Positions 11,901 through 24,418 of a DNA stretch of 64,000 bases are shown piece by piece. Source of the DNA: Mantamonas sphyraenae STR306 (taxonomy: Eukaryota; Protista; CRuMs). The DNA lies in assembly GCA_026936335.1 (NCBI GenBank), contig JAPMXV010000067.1, forward strand, positions 310,001 through 374,000, read 5' to 3'. The translations under genes and the position numbers were made by a program. The notes beneath the pieces were generated by a model. It did not search any database and was not told the origin of the DNA. It saw nothing but the letters and a program-made list of their open reading frames with translations. Numbering within the stretch: position 1 is the stretch's first letter; every line of letters starts with the position of its first letter.

Positions 11901-13353
11901 AAGGGCTGCACGCGTAGCAACGAACACAAGGGTCGCTTGTTGGTTCCGTGGTGCGGAGATGTGGAAGAAGGACGGGCCAAGGCTAAGCGAGAAGCCAAGA
12001 AGAAACAGGCGGGACTGGAAAAGAGCATGCGGGCAATGGAATGGAGGGAAAAGGTGCTGTTGGGGACTCCTACACCGTCGCCGAAACGGCAGGGTGCGGA
12101 GAAGGAGAGCAAGGGGAGCAAGCGAGTTTGGAAAGCAAGTGGAAAGCAGAAAGTGCTGGGAAAGGAGGTGGAGGTGGTGAAGAGCAAGTATGTGTTGAAG
12201 AATACGCCGGAGAAGCCGATCTGGGAGCGCGGAGTGGATCAGGAGGTTGTAGAACAGAGGAGGAAGGAGCGGAAAGAGCGAGAGGAGAAGCTGAAGGAGA
12301 TGCGTGTGTGGAAGGCCAGCGGGAACAAGGAGGTGCTGGGAAAGGAGGTGGAGGTGGTGAAGAGCAAGTACGTGCTGAAGAATACGCCGGAGAAGCCGAT
12401 CTGGGAGCGTGGAGTGGATCAGGAGGTTGTAGAACAGAGGAGGAAGGAGCGGAAAGAGCGAGAGGAGAAGCTGAAGGAGATGCGTGTGTGGAAGGCCAGC
12501 GGGAACAAGGAGGTGCTGGGAAAGGAAGTGGAGGTGGTGAAGAGCAAGTACGTGCTGAAGAATGCGCCAGAGAAGCCGATCTGGGAGCGTGGAGTGGATC
12601 AGGAGGAGGTTGAGCGCAAGAAACAAGAGGTGAAGGAGCTTCAGAAGCTACGGAAGGAATCGAGGAAAGATGCGTGGGGTGCTGGAGCCGCGGCCAAACC
12701 AAACCGGAGGGAGAAGGATGACGGGAAGGAGGGGGTGAGTGGGGCTCAAGGCAAGTCGAATGGCGGTGTTGTGGAAGAGGTAGGAAAACGAAGCGGAGAG
12801 GCAGAAGGAGGAAGATGCGGCGGTGACGATCCAGGCGCGCTTCCGAGGGCAGCGGGCACGCAAGGAGGTCACCGCGATGAAAGGTGATGGGAAGGGAAAG
12901 GTTGGAGAGGGAGAGAGCAGTGACAGCAGTGACGAGGTGGCGGTGGAGGAGGCGGAGGAGCAGCAGAAAGCAGCGGTGAAGATCCAGGCGCGCTTTCGGG
13001 GGCAGCGGGCACGCAAGGAGGTCACCGCGATGAAAGGAGATGGGAAGGGAAAGGTTGGAGAGGGAGAGAGCAGTGACAAAAGTGACGAGGTGGCGGTGGA
13101 GGAGGCGGAGGAGCAGCAGAAGGCGGCGGTGAAGATCCAGGCGCGCTTCCGAGGGCAGCGGGCACGCAAGGAGGTCACCGCGATGAAAGGAGATGGGAAG
13201 GGAAAGGTTGGAGAGGGAGAGAGCAGTGACAAAAGTGACGAGGTGGCGGTGGAGGAGGCGGAGGAGCAGCAGAAAGCGGCGGTGAAGATCCAGGCGCGCT
13301 TCCGAGGGCAGCGGGCACGGAATGCGCTGAAAACGTCGCAAAACAATGCTTGA
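8925..13353 (+). CDS. Large charged protein: duplicated N-terminal motif, DCX/KHA-like beta-grasp domain, Cys/His zinc module, 60-aa repeats and four IQ motifs
   Basis: Joins ORFs 8823..10283, 10280..10675, 10500..12887 and 12823..13353 through frame breaks at the G runs 10245-10248 and 10636-10639 and intron 12735-12783 (GTGAGT...TAG). Contains IQARFRGQRAR four times and CxxC...CVYHSG...WDCC...GC...H. Confidence 0.7.
9009..9464 (+). repeat. Two diverged copies (330 bp apart) of a ~41-aa coding block DES.A.RRAQM.RRDSVALFGKGG..SDPRAALRKKLA.KH
   Basis: Copies begin at 9009 and 9339. A partial third echo (RLFGKGG) lies near 10421. Confidence 0.85.
12123..12610 (+). repeat. 180-bp coding tandem repeat (~2.7 copies, 60 aa)
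   Basis: Units start near 12123, 12303 and 12483: RVWKASG..EVLGKEVEVVKSKYVLKN.PEKPIWERGVDQE.... Confidence 0.95.
12817..13320 (+). repeat. 153-bp coding tandem repeat (~3.3 copies, 51 aa, one IQ motif each)
   Basis: The anchor GCGGTGA.GATCCAGGCGCGC occurs at 12820, 12973, 13126 and 13279. Confidence 0.95.
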
Positions 13354-13371
13354 TTGTATTACCATGGGTCC

Positions 13372-14366
13372 CTATTCGCTATCTACATCCATTTCGTCTT
13401 TGCCGTGCAGGAAAAAGGTGCAGAACACGCCTTCGAGCAAGACGTGGATGACGACGACGTCCTTGGCCAAACAGATGACCACATCTTGCGGTTGGAGTAC
13501 GGTGCAGTGTAAGCATTGGGCAAGATCGGTGGCATTGAGGGTTACAGAGGCAGAGATGTCCTCATCTCTGTCCAGCTGAGGACCCTTTGCCAGCTCGGGC
13601 AGATCGAGATCGCCGTACGTGGTCCGAATGTCCAACATGTCTGTAGCCACAGACACACTGAGATGCCGCCCATGTCCGCTTCGATAGTCACCTTGTCGGC
13701 GAGGGTGCGCATGCGCTCGACGACCGTGCGCATCGGACCAAGGGCCGGCATCAGCAGCTGCACTTCGGGGTTGTCCTTCAGCACAGGCTCCCGGATGCGA
13801 GCAAGTTGTCGCGAAGGAACAACCTGTACAGGCACGTTCTGTTTCACCCGTGTGCTCGAGAACGGCGACTGGACCACAAACGTGAGGACTGGCTGCTCGT
13901 CGACTTTGCTCAGCTTCAGCACGCCATCAGTGCTTCCACTGCAGGTGCGCAGCGCCTTGCACATGAGCTTTGCATCCACTTCCAGACCAATCTCATTGTT
14001 GCACAGTGATTCGATGCGCACTCGCGACATGAACATCTCCTGTGGAAAAGTCCACCCAGGTGAGCGATGTCGGTTCCCGAGAATCCTCTCCCGCACACCA
14101 ACACACACTCACTCACCGTCGACAGCGAGCTGTACAGCTGCACACTCTCTCCAATGGTCGGATTCACAACCACATGAACCTGCGATGACGTCAACACCAA
14201 CGTCACTGGTTTCTTGCAGGCGATCTTTCCAGCAGCAGACACGAGATCTGCAAAACCCGAGCTCTGGTGTCAGCACGCTCGCATTGCACATCTCCCTCCA
14301 AAAACAAAACATGCACAGCTTACGCTGAAGGGGATCCGGGTTTGTGATGGTGGCTCGAAATCGCAT
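13372..14366 (-). CDS. HUS1: Checkpoint clamp (9-1-1) subunit HUS1
   Basis: MRFRA N-terminus, RIES..NNEIGLEV, KLSK...PVLTF, MRTVVERMRTL and TIEADMGG. Introns 14248-14323 and 14040-14116. A one-base deficit near 13666 restores DMGGHLSVSVATD. Confidence 0.85.
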
Positions 14367-14426
14367 GATCACGGTTGCAGTCGTTGTTGTGTGCCCGTGT
14401 GCGGGACGTCGCCTCGGCCACACCAA

Positions 14427-15686
14427 ATGTCTTTCAAAAAGCACAAGAGTTCGCGCTTGTTCCGAGACGCCGCTGCAGAGGAGGAAGAGGAGAGGGCCCT
14501 GTCGTTCCGCGACCCGTTTGTGCAGAAGCGGGAGCCGACAGCCATCACAGAACGCAAGCCGCTGCCTCTTGCTGTGCCCAGCACAGGCACAGACCACAAC
14601 GAGGGAGAAACGCCAGGCAAGGTGGTGGCTGCTTTGTTTTGCATTGTGGGACTTGTGGCCAGTTGGGTGGGCACGGCGCAGGTGCTGCAACTCGTGCAAA
14701 CCTCTCCTGGCAACACCACGTACAACAAGCCCGTGTTCACAACCTACCTTGTGCACAGCTGCTACACCATCATGCTCCTCCCCTGGTTCATTATCCGTGC
14801 CGTGCGCATTGCCCGCGGCACAGACGACGCGTACACGCCCATGGCCGACCAAGAACATGCACCCTCCGACCGCCACTACGGCTCATCTGCTCGCTCCTCC
14901 CTGGACACCAACGCTGCCAAAGCCCGCTTTGTGGCCACTGTCGCCGTGTTTGGGCTCATCGACTTTGCATGTGGCTGGACATGGTACGCCTCGCTTCCAC
15001 TCACAGCCGTTGGTGCAAACACCGCCATTTACCAGGGTGCAAGTGTCTGGGTCTATATTCTCTCTGTCATCTTTCTCAAAGAGCGTGCAACCTTGCTCAA
15101 GACCTTGTCTGTCCTCCTTGCTGTGGGGGGCGTTGTCCTGATCACCCTCTTCTCCGAGGGCAATCAGGTCGGCTCGGTGACCCAGACGTGGCTCGGCTAC
15201 GTGCTTGTTGTCGTGTCTACCATCCTCTATGCCATCTACGAGGTCGGCTTCAAGGTCTTTGGCCACACAGATGCAGATGCAGACGACGTCAGCGACTCTT
15301 TCCTCTTTATCGGCCTCATGGGCCTTACCAGCTTCCTGTTTTGCTGGCCCATTGTCTGGCTCTTTGATGCCATGTCCTGGGAAGCCTTTGTGTTTCCCGA
15401 TGCCACCCAATGGCCGGGTCTCCTTGCTGCTGCCGGCCTCGACGTCCTCTTCAACGTCTTCCTGCTGGCAGGCATCTACCTGTCGTCTCCGCTCTTTGTC
15501 AGCGTCGGCTCCATGCTCACTGTGCCTTTGGCCGTCCTCCTCGACTGGCTCCTCCACTCTGGCTTCCTCCCTTCCCTCTTTGTCTTTGTCGGCATGGGTC
15601 TCGTCCTTGCCAGCTTTCTCCTCCTCAATGTGGCCGAGTTTCGCAAAGCCAAGAGTGGTGAGACGGGTGATTGGGAATACAATTGA
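14427..15686 (+). CDS. SLC35F-family (EamA/DMT) transporter
   Basis: About 10 hydrophobic segments, with YNKPVF.TYL, WY.SL..T.V..NTAIY, ILYAIYEV.FK and SPLFVSVGSMLTVPLA. Confidence 0.85.
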   Translation: MSFKKHKSSRLFRDAAAEEEEERALSFRDPFVQKREPTAITERKPLPLAVPSTGTDHNEGETPGKVVAALFCIVGLVASWVGTAQVLQLVQTSPGNTTYNKPVFTTYLVHSCYTIMLLPWFIIRAVRIARGTDDAYTPMADQEHAPSDRHYGSSARSSLDTNAAKARFVATVAVFGLIDFACGWTWYASLPLTAVGANTAIYQGASVWVYILSVIFLKERATLLKTLSVLLAVGGVVLITLFSEGNQVGSVTQTWLGYVLVVVSTILYAIYEVGFKVFGHTDADADDVSDSFLFIGLMGLTSFLFCWPIVWLFDAMSWEAFVFPDATQWPGLLAAAGLDVLFNVFLLAGIYLSSPLFVSVGSMLTVPLAVLLDWLLHSGFLPSLFVFVGMGLVLASFLLLNVAEFRKAKSGETGDWEYN

Positions 15687-15739
15687 GGAATTGAAACAAG
15701 AGTGCAGCCCATGTCGTGTGTGCGCGAACATTCTCTTCT

Positions 15740-16059
15740 TCATTCGGATTTCTCCTGCGTTTCGGCGGCCATTTCCTGCACCGTCGCCCCGTCGAGCGTG
15801 TCAGTGTCTCCAGCTCAAGATCACCATGCCAATCACTGTCCAACATGCACTTGGGTCCAGCCATTGGGCACGCGTGTCGCCTCTGTTCCTCTGTGTCCAA
15901 ATGCAGGCGGCTGAAGAAACTCACCCGAGCTCGCTGTTCCGTCTTGAGCCTTGCGTATTCCTTTCCACCTCGCATGCTTACGTCGTACAGCAAGTACGCA
16001 GAAACAGCCACAAGTGAGGCAGCAGTGGCCTTCTGGGCAAGGTCGGCGAATCCGGGCAT
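15740..16059 (-). CDS. COX14: COX14-like cytochrome c oxidase assembly factor (56 aa)
   Basis: Exons 16059-15925 and 15775-15740, intron GTGAGT...ACTGAC...CAG. Protein MPGFADLAQKATAASLVAVSAYLLYDVSMRGGKEYARLKTEQRAREMAAETQEKSE has a single TM segment and a COX14-like size and pattern. Confidence 0.65.
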
Positions 16060-16106
16060 GCTGTAGTTTGCTGGTTTGGGCTGGCCGCGCCGTCGCTGGC
16101 ATCGTC

Positions 16107-18564
16107 ATGAGCAGCCGCAGCAATCCCGATCTTGAGCGCCCCGAGCGCGTCCAGGCTGTGATCATTGCCGACAGTTACAACGCCAAGCTGCGTCCCCTCA
16201 GCTTCCAGCTCCCTCGTGTACGTCCCCGAACCTTGTTCCCACGCAGCTGATCGCAAATGCGCACCACTTTGCACGCCCTTTGCACCTCGCCGTGCACCAC
16301 CCACACCTTCACATGGTGCCCTGCTTCTGCGTAGAGGCGTCATATGACTTTGGGGTGGCAAGTGCAGGTGTCATACATGCATGTGTGGTTGTGGGGCTCG
16401 CTTGTAGGATGTTTCTGGGAAAACTGACGCCGTGCTGCATCCCACTTTTCACCCCGTGCTTGTGATACACCGGGTCTCCCACCCTCGCGTACGTATGTGC
16501 CGGATGTGCGCGCCCACGTGTCCGCCGCTTGCACAGGCTCTGATGCCTGTGGTGAACACGCCGCTGCTGGACTACACCATTGAGTTTTTGGCGTCGGGAG
16601 GCGTGGACCACATCATCGTGCTGTGCACAAGCAGCGCCGAGCTGATTGAGGAACACGTGCAGAACAGCAGGTGGGGAGAGTCCAAACACAGCAGTGTGGA
16701 GGTGCAGTGTGTGGTCAGACCCGAGTGCACAAACACAGGAGACGCGCTGCGAGCCATCGACGAGCTCAAGTTGATTGAGAACGACTTTGTGCTTGTGTCT
16801 GGCGACGTGGTGGCCAATCTGGACCTCAAGTCGCTGCTGCAGAAGCACCGTGCGCGGTGTCAGGAGGACAAGGACGCCATCATGACCAGCGTGTACAAGA
16901 AGGCGACGTCTGTGCATCGCACACGCTCGTACCAGGACGACACGCTTGTGTGCCTGGACAGCGAGACGGGCCAGCTGGTGCACTACGACAACTCTGCAGC
17001 GGGCAAAGGCCTGGCATTCAACGTGTCCACAAAGATGTTTGCCGAACACCCCAGCGTGGAGATGCACTACGACCTGATGGATTGCCACATCGACATCTGC
17101 TCCCACCGCGTCCTGTTCTCCTTCTCGGAGAACTTTGATTGGGGCGATCTACGCACAGACTTTCTCAAGGGCACCCTGGACAGCGAGCTGCTCTCACACC
17201 ACATCTACACGGAGATCATCGACGCTGCCTACGCGGCCCGTGTGCGTTGCCTCCGCACGTATGCCGCCGTCAGCAGAGACATCATCCGCAGGTGGTCGTA
17301 CCCGCTGGTGCCGGACAACAACTGGGCATCCAACACAAACTACAAACTCAGCCGCGGCGGCGTGTGCAAGGACGGCAACGTGGCCATGGCACGGACCACC
17401 CGCCTGCAGATGGACACTGTGGTCGGCAGCAAGGTACGCATCGGATGGAACACTGTCATCACACGCTCGGTGATCGGCGACAACGTTGTCATTGGCAACA
17501 ACTGCGTCATTCGCGACGCATACATCTGGAACGACGCAGTGATTGGAAGCAACACAAGCATCGAACACTCGATTGTTGCCAGCCGTGCCCAAATTGGCTC
17601 CGACTGCAAGATTTCGCGTTCCTGCGTCGTGGGCTTCGACTGTGTGGTGGCAGATGGCATGCTGGTGCCGGAGAACACCAAACTGACGACGGTGGTGTCC
17701 TCGTCGTCGCAGCAGGGCATGGACGACATCAGCCAGCTGCGCTCGCGGGACTCGACGGACGTGTCCACGGACAGCGAGGACGGCGACGACGCAGAGTCCA
17801 AGACCACGCGACACGCACCCATTGAGTGGAGCGAGAATGTGGTGGGCGTGGGTGGCGTGGGCCGTGTGTGGAAGTACAAATCGAGCGTGGAGGAGGCGCA
17901 GAACATGCTGGGGTTCCAACTGCAGCAGGAGGTCACTGTGGACTACGATTCGGAAGAGGAGACCGGCGCCGAAGACGCCTCGGATGCATTTGAGGACAAC
18001 GTGGACCGGTTCGAAAGCGAGGTGCGCGACACGATGGAAGATGCAATTGCACACAACCGCAAGATGGAGAACGTGCTGGTGGGCATCCAGGGAAGCAAGT
18101 TTGCACACGACACCACGTTTAGCGACTGTGCGTGTGCCATGATGCCTGTGTTTCTGGACACGGCTGCGAAAATGGACGGCTCGGAGCGTCCACTGTATAT
18201 GGTGACGGTGAACCTCAAGGCACTGCTGGTGCAATGGAGGGAGCTGTTCAGCAAGTTTCTGTACACAGAGAACGACCAGGTGGAATTGATGTTTGCCGTG
18301 GAGGAGTACTGCGACACGAATCCGTCGTATGCTCGCGTGCTGCCTGCCGTGCTGCAGGTCATGTACGACGAGGAGGTGGACATGCTCACCGAGTCGGCCA
18401 TTTGGACATGGAGCAAGCTGACAGACGACGCACATCTGCACCAGGCCGAGCCGTTCCTCAATTGGCTGCGGGACGCCGAAGAAGACGAGGAGGACGACGA
18501 GGAGGGCAGCGAGGAAGAAGACGACGAAGATGAGGAAGAGAGTGAGGAGGAGGAAGACGACTGA
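16107..18564 (+). CDS. EIF2B5: Translation initiation factor eIF2B subunit epsilon
   Basis: VQAVIIADSYN..LRPL, ALMPVVNTPLLDYTIEFLA and WSYPLVPDNN, followed by hexapeptide repeats, a W2 domain and an acidic tail. Intron 16218-16536. Confidence 0.95.
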
Positions 18565-18589
18565 ATTCCACACACTTGCACTTGCCCCG

Positions 18590-19134
18590 TCACAACTCTT
18601 CGTTGTTCAGCGCCTCGATTTCGTCAACCCATTCAGAGAACAAGTCGATGGGCTGGCTGAGCGAGTTGATGGCCATCTGGTAGTTGGAGTGACACACATT
18701 ACACTCAACCTCTCCCAGCTGAGAGTCATAGTCCAGCGAGCATTCCACGCTCTTTTCGTGGTTGCAAAACGGGCAGCTGAACACCGTGGGTACCTTGTTG
18801 TCAGCCTTGACCTTGTGCACGGGCTTGCGACTCTTCCTTTTGCCCTGTGTGCCGGGGAAATCGACAGTGTCAGTCGCATGCGCATGCGTGCGTCCTTGTG
18901 GCACGGCCCTGTCCAACACGTGGCGGTCGGAACCGCCGGCCCACTTCCACATTCCTCGCTGGAAAACGCAAAAGGAGCCGTACACAGGGCACACACACAC
19001 ACACAGAGTGTGTTGTGTCGCTCCTGCGGCGGATATGCAAGGCATGGCTGCGTTTGGTGCGACGAGCATGTGTGCGTGTGTGTGCATTGTGTGTGTACTC
19101 GCGTGTGCGGCCCACGGCCGCGGAAACAAACCAT
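18590..19134 (-). CDS. ELOF1: Transcription elongation factor 1 (Elf1/ELOF1)
   Basis: GKRKSRK...FSCPFCNHEKSV.C...C.VC...PIDLFSEWVD. Exon 2 is 18844-18590. The first coding exon is probably just ATG (19132-19134), with intron 18845-19131. Confidence 0.9.
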
Positions 19135-19160
19135 TCTGCTTCTGCTTCGCGTTGGCGAGG

Positions 19161-21297
19161 ATGTCGCTCACGCATGCCGAGTCCGTGGACGGACCTGGGC
19201 CGCCCAACGAAGACGATCGCAACAGCACGGACAGAGGAGAGGTCAGCCCTCAGGCTAGCCGGACCATGACGTCCAGTCCCAGCCAGGGAACGTTTACAGA
19301 CGACGGCGATTTGAGAGCGCTGGTCATTTCGGAGCAGAACAAGCGCAGGGGAGAAGGCACAGACGAAGACGTGAGCCATGTGGCCGTGCCGGGCATGATT
19401 GATGGCACCATTGCAATGAGCAACAAGCGAGACCGGTCGCCCATGGTGCCGCAGATTGTGACGAACGACGAGGAGGAAGACGACGCACAAGGACGCAGCC
19501 GTCGGGACAGCGACAGTCACGCATCTCCTTCCAGGTCGCGTGAAGAGGTCGCAACAAGCCACTCGCAACTGCCTGGTCGCTCCACGTCCACCATGTCTCG
19601 CAGCAGCTTGGATGTGCCCGTCACATTCCAAAAGGTCACTACACGCACAGTGAGCACAGACACCAGCTTCAGCTACGACCACGTCTTTACACCCAACTCG
19701 GGCGAGACCATGGGCACCTGGCTCATGGACCAGATTGGCTCCTTCGACTTTGTCATTATTATCGTTTTTAAGGGCGCCTGGTAAGTTGGCCGTTTTCTCT
19801 GGAAGGATATTGTTTCTTCTTTTCGCCTCCACACCCGCGGCTGCTGGACAGACAGCGATGCGGTCCACATGCGACGGCGTTCGCTCCATTGCCCATGCCT
19901 ACGCGGATGTCCCTCGACAGCCGTCGCGCTTCCCGTGCACGATTCCCGTCGTTCGTCAACGGCTGACACGAGAAACGCACCGAAACGAATGTGTTGGTTG
20001 TTTGGGCACGACGGCAACAACTCTTCTCCACGCGCCACACGCTCCCCCAACACCCATACGCCTTGGACACTCGTCCCACAGGAACACCTATTGCCGCCAC
20101 TACCTGCGCCTGTGGAATTCTTTGTACAGCGACATCCGCAGCTTCGACGGCGAGTTGTTTGGCGTGTCCTCCCAAGGCGGCCGGGTCATGTCCGAGCTTG
20201 CGCAAGAGTTGGACCTGGACTATTGGCTCATCTCCGACGAGAAGCTGTGGTGGGCCGAACGCTTCCGCTGCGATGTACTGTGGAACGACACACCAGCTGC
20301 AGAGGCTCTGAGTGACCAGTTTGGCAGCGAGTACGAACACAAGCACGGCGTGCTCTATCCATCTGTGTTGGTGTTTCAAAAGTCCCCACGCAAACTACCC
20401 TTTTGCTGGTGGTCCTCGCCACACGAGTCCTACTTGTTGGATGCGGATGTGGGACGACCCATGCCCTCGTTTGTGTGGCACTGCGTTCAGTCCAGGCTGG
20501 GCCTCACCTCGGTCACCCTGCCCGAGTATGTGCCGACCACGGGCGTGCAGTCTGTCGACCGTTCCAAACTCAACTCCGAATGCTTCAACTGGGCCATCCT
20601 CACCTGCTGCTTCACCACAGACTCCTTCTACTGGAAGTCGAACCCGCTCGTGGAGCAAGACTTGGAACAGTACGAGCCGTTCAAAAAGACAAAGTTCATG
20701 ATTCAGATGTACCGCAACCAGCACAAGACATCGGTGGTGTCCAAGGACCAGCAGAACGCTTGCCGTGTCTTCCAGGCTGCCGTCGACGGCCTTGAGGTCA
20801 AGGCTCGGGCAAACAAGTCCACACGGCGACGTCTCAACAGCAACACAAGCGAACTACGTCGCCAAGAAGTGTCCAACCGTAGCCGACGGTCGACCAGCAA
20901 CGGCAGCAGCACGTCACGCAGCGGAAACAGTCCTGCCCTCAGTCCGCTGCCCACTCGCTACCGCCTCAGCACACAGAGTTCCCTGGACAGCTTGGCCAGC
21001 CATGCATCTCCAGCACCCGCCCAAGCCGCCCGTGGCAAGTGGGTGGTGCCACCGCGGCCCACACGCAAGGCTCCCAGCCGCTATGCCGTCTCTGCCAACG
21101 CCAACTCGGAAGCCACGTCCAAACCACAAACAGGCGGCGACGACAAAGCCAACGGCCACGAGAGCACAGAGGGGCGCAGCAACAGCTCCTCGCCCTCTCA
21201 GGCTGCACACAACGAGGTCCACGGGCGCTCTGAGCAGGACGTGTTCTCCACCTTGAGCCCAAACAAGTTGAAGAGGGCAAGGTCCGACGTGGTGTGA
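19161..21297 (+). CDS. AhpC/TSA-like (peroxiredoxin/redoxin fold) domain protein with disordered termini
   Basis: Splicing intron 19781-20081 (GTAAGT...CAG) gives IIVFKGAWNTYCRHYL...LFGVSSQ...YWLISD...YPSVLVF...GRP, resembling the FYRGxWCPxC redoxin core. Start uncertain (19161 or 19266). Confidence 0.6.
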
Positions 21298-21346
21298 ACA
21301 CACACCCCCCCCCCAGTATGTACATTTTTGGTTTTCATCAACTCCC

Positions 21347-21853
21347 TTACCCTCGATACTGCGTCAAAATCAGCTGCAGGTGCCCCACTTGTCAGCTTGG
21401 GAAAATTGGCGCCAAAGCCTGTGCCCGTCGCCCCTATTCCTACGATAAGGGTGGCTTTGGTGCAGTCCACACGTCTCGCTGCCCATCCCTCTTGTCCCAT
21501 AGGTTGGTTCCCTACCTTTTTCACAGCCTCGATGTCCTTGCGACGCAGCACGCGCGATTTGTTGGTCAGGGCGTGTGCGTTCCCTTCCTCTGCCAGCTGG
21601 CGGATAAAGATGCAGATTTGCAGATAGATCTGTGGGTCAACGGAAGAGAGGCGCGGGCGCGAGGCAAAAGGGGGAATAGGGATGTGGGAGAGAGAGAACA
21701 GATGGTCAGAGAGAGAGAGAGAGTGGACACACTTCCGGCTTGACCCACCATGGCCTCAACCTCGCCAGACCCTCCAACACGCAACGAGCCGTTCCCATAC
21801 GCACGGAGCAGCTTGCGCAATGAGCGCTGTGGAAACGATTCGTGCTTGGTCAT
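21347..21853 (-). CDS. CENPW: Centromere protein W (histone-fold CCAN subunit)
   Basis: Three exons (21853-21749, 21629-21516, 21373-21347) give MTKHESFPQRSLRKLLRAY...IYLQICIFIRQLAEEGNAHA...KDIEAVKKLILTQYRG*. This matches the CENP-W pattern (P..LKR.., L.CLLF..RLAEE, C-terminal RG). Confidence 0.8.
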
Positions 21854-21908
21854 GTTTGATTTTTTGATTGTTTCATCAGCGCTGCTTGCACCTGCACACC
21901 TCACACCA

Positions 21909-23911
<2,003 letters not shown>

Positions 23912-24418
23912 CTACAGGCCTCCGTTTCCGTGCGTTTGTGCGAAAAGCTGACGGTCGTGTCTCGGACGAAATGGCCGAACTCCGTAGTTAGGCGCCGCTC
24001 CCTGTTGTTGTGTGTGCACATGTGTCAGCCCACTCATCCCCCCATGTCATGTCCACACACCTTCCCTCCATCTGCGGGCCCTCCCAGCCACCCAGCAGCT
24101 CCGCTCGTGTCTTGTCACGCACGAGCGCGCGCCGGAATGAGCCGTTGCTCGGATTTCGCGCGGCGATTTGCTCCGACCACAAACCGCCTCTCGAGACACA
24201 TCGACATCGCATCGGGGCCATTCGACCCACTGTGGACCCTGTGGCCACCTGCAACAGACAATCACCCCGAATGTTTCCTCGTTTCACACCAAAGACATGG
24301 CAATTTCAAACCTACGAATTTTTGTTGTTGCGCGAGCGCAGGCAGGGTGTGTGTGTGTGTGCGTGTGTGTGTGGGTGGGTGGGTGTGGCTTGTCTGTATG
24401 CTCCACAATCCAGCGGAA

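Noticed and set aside
12123-13320. Regular repeats as a possible CRISPR array or mobile element
   Set aside because: The units are contiguous, in-frame coding repeats with no unique spacers, cas genes, terminal repeats or transposase.
16218-16536. Intronic TPP riboswitch near a putative thiamine-type SLC35F transporter
   Set aside because: The conserved CUGAGA and CCUGAU...AUNC..GCGNAGG elements are not present on either strand.
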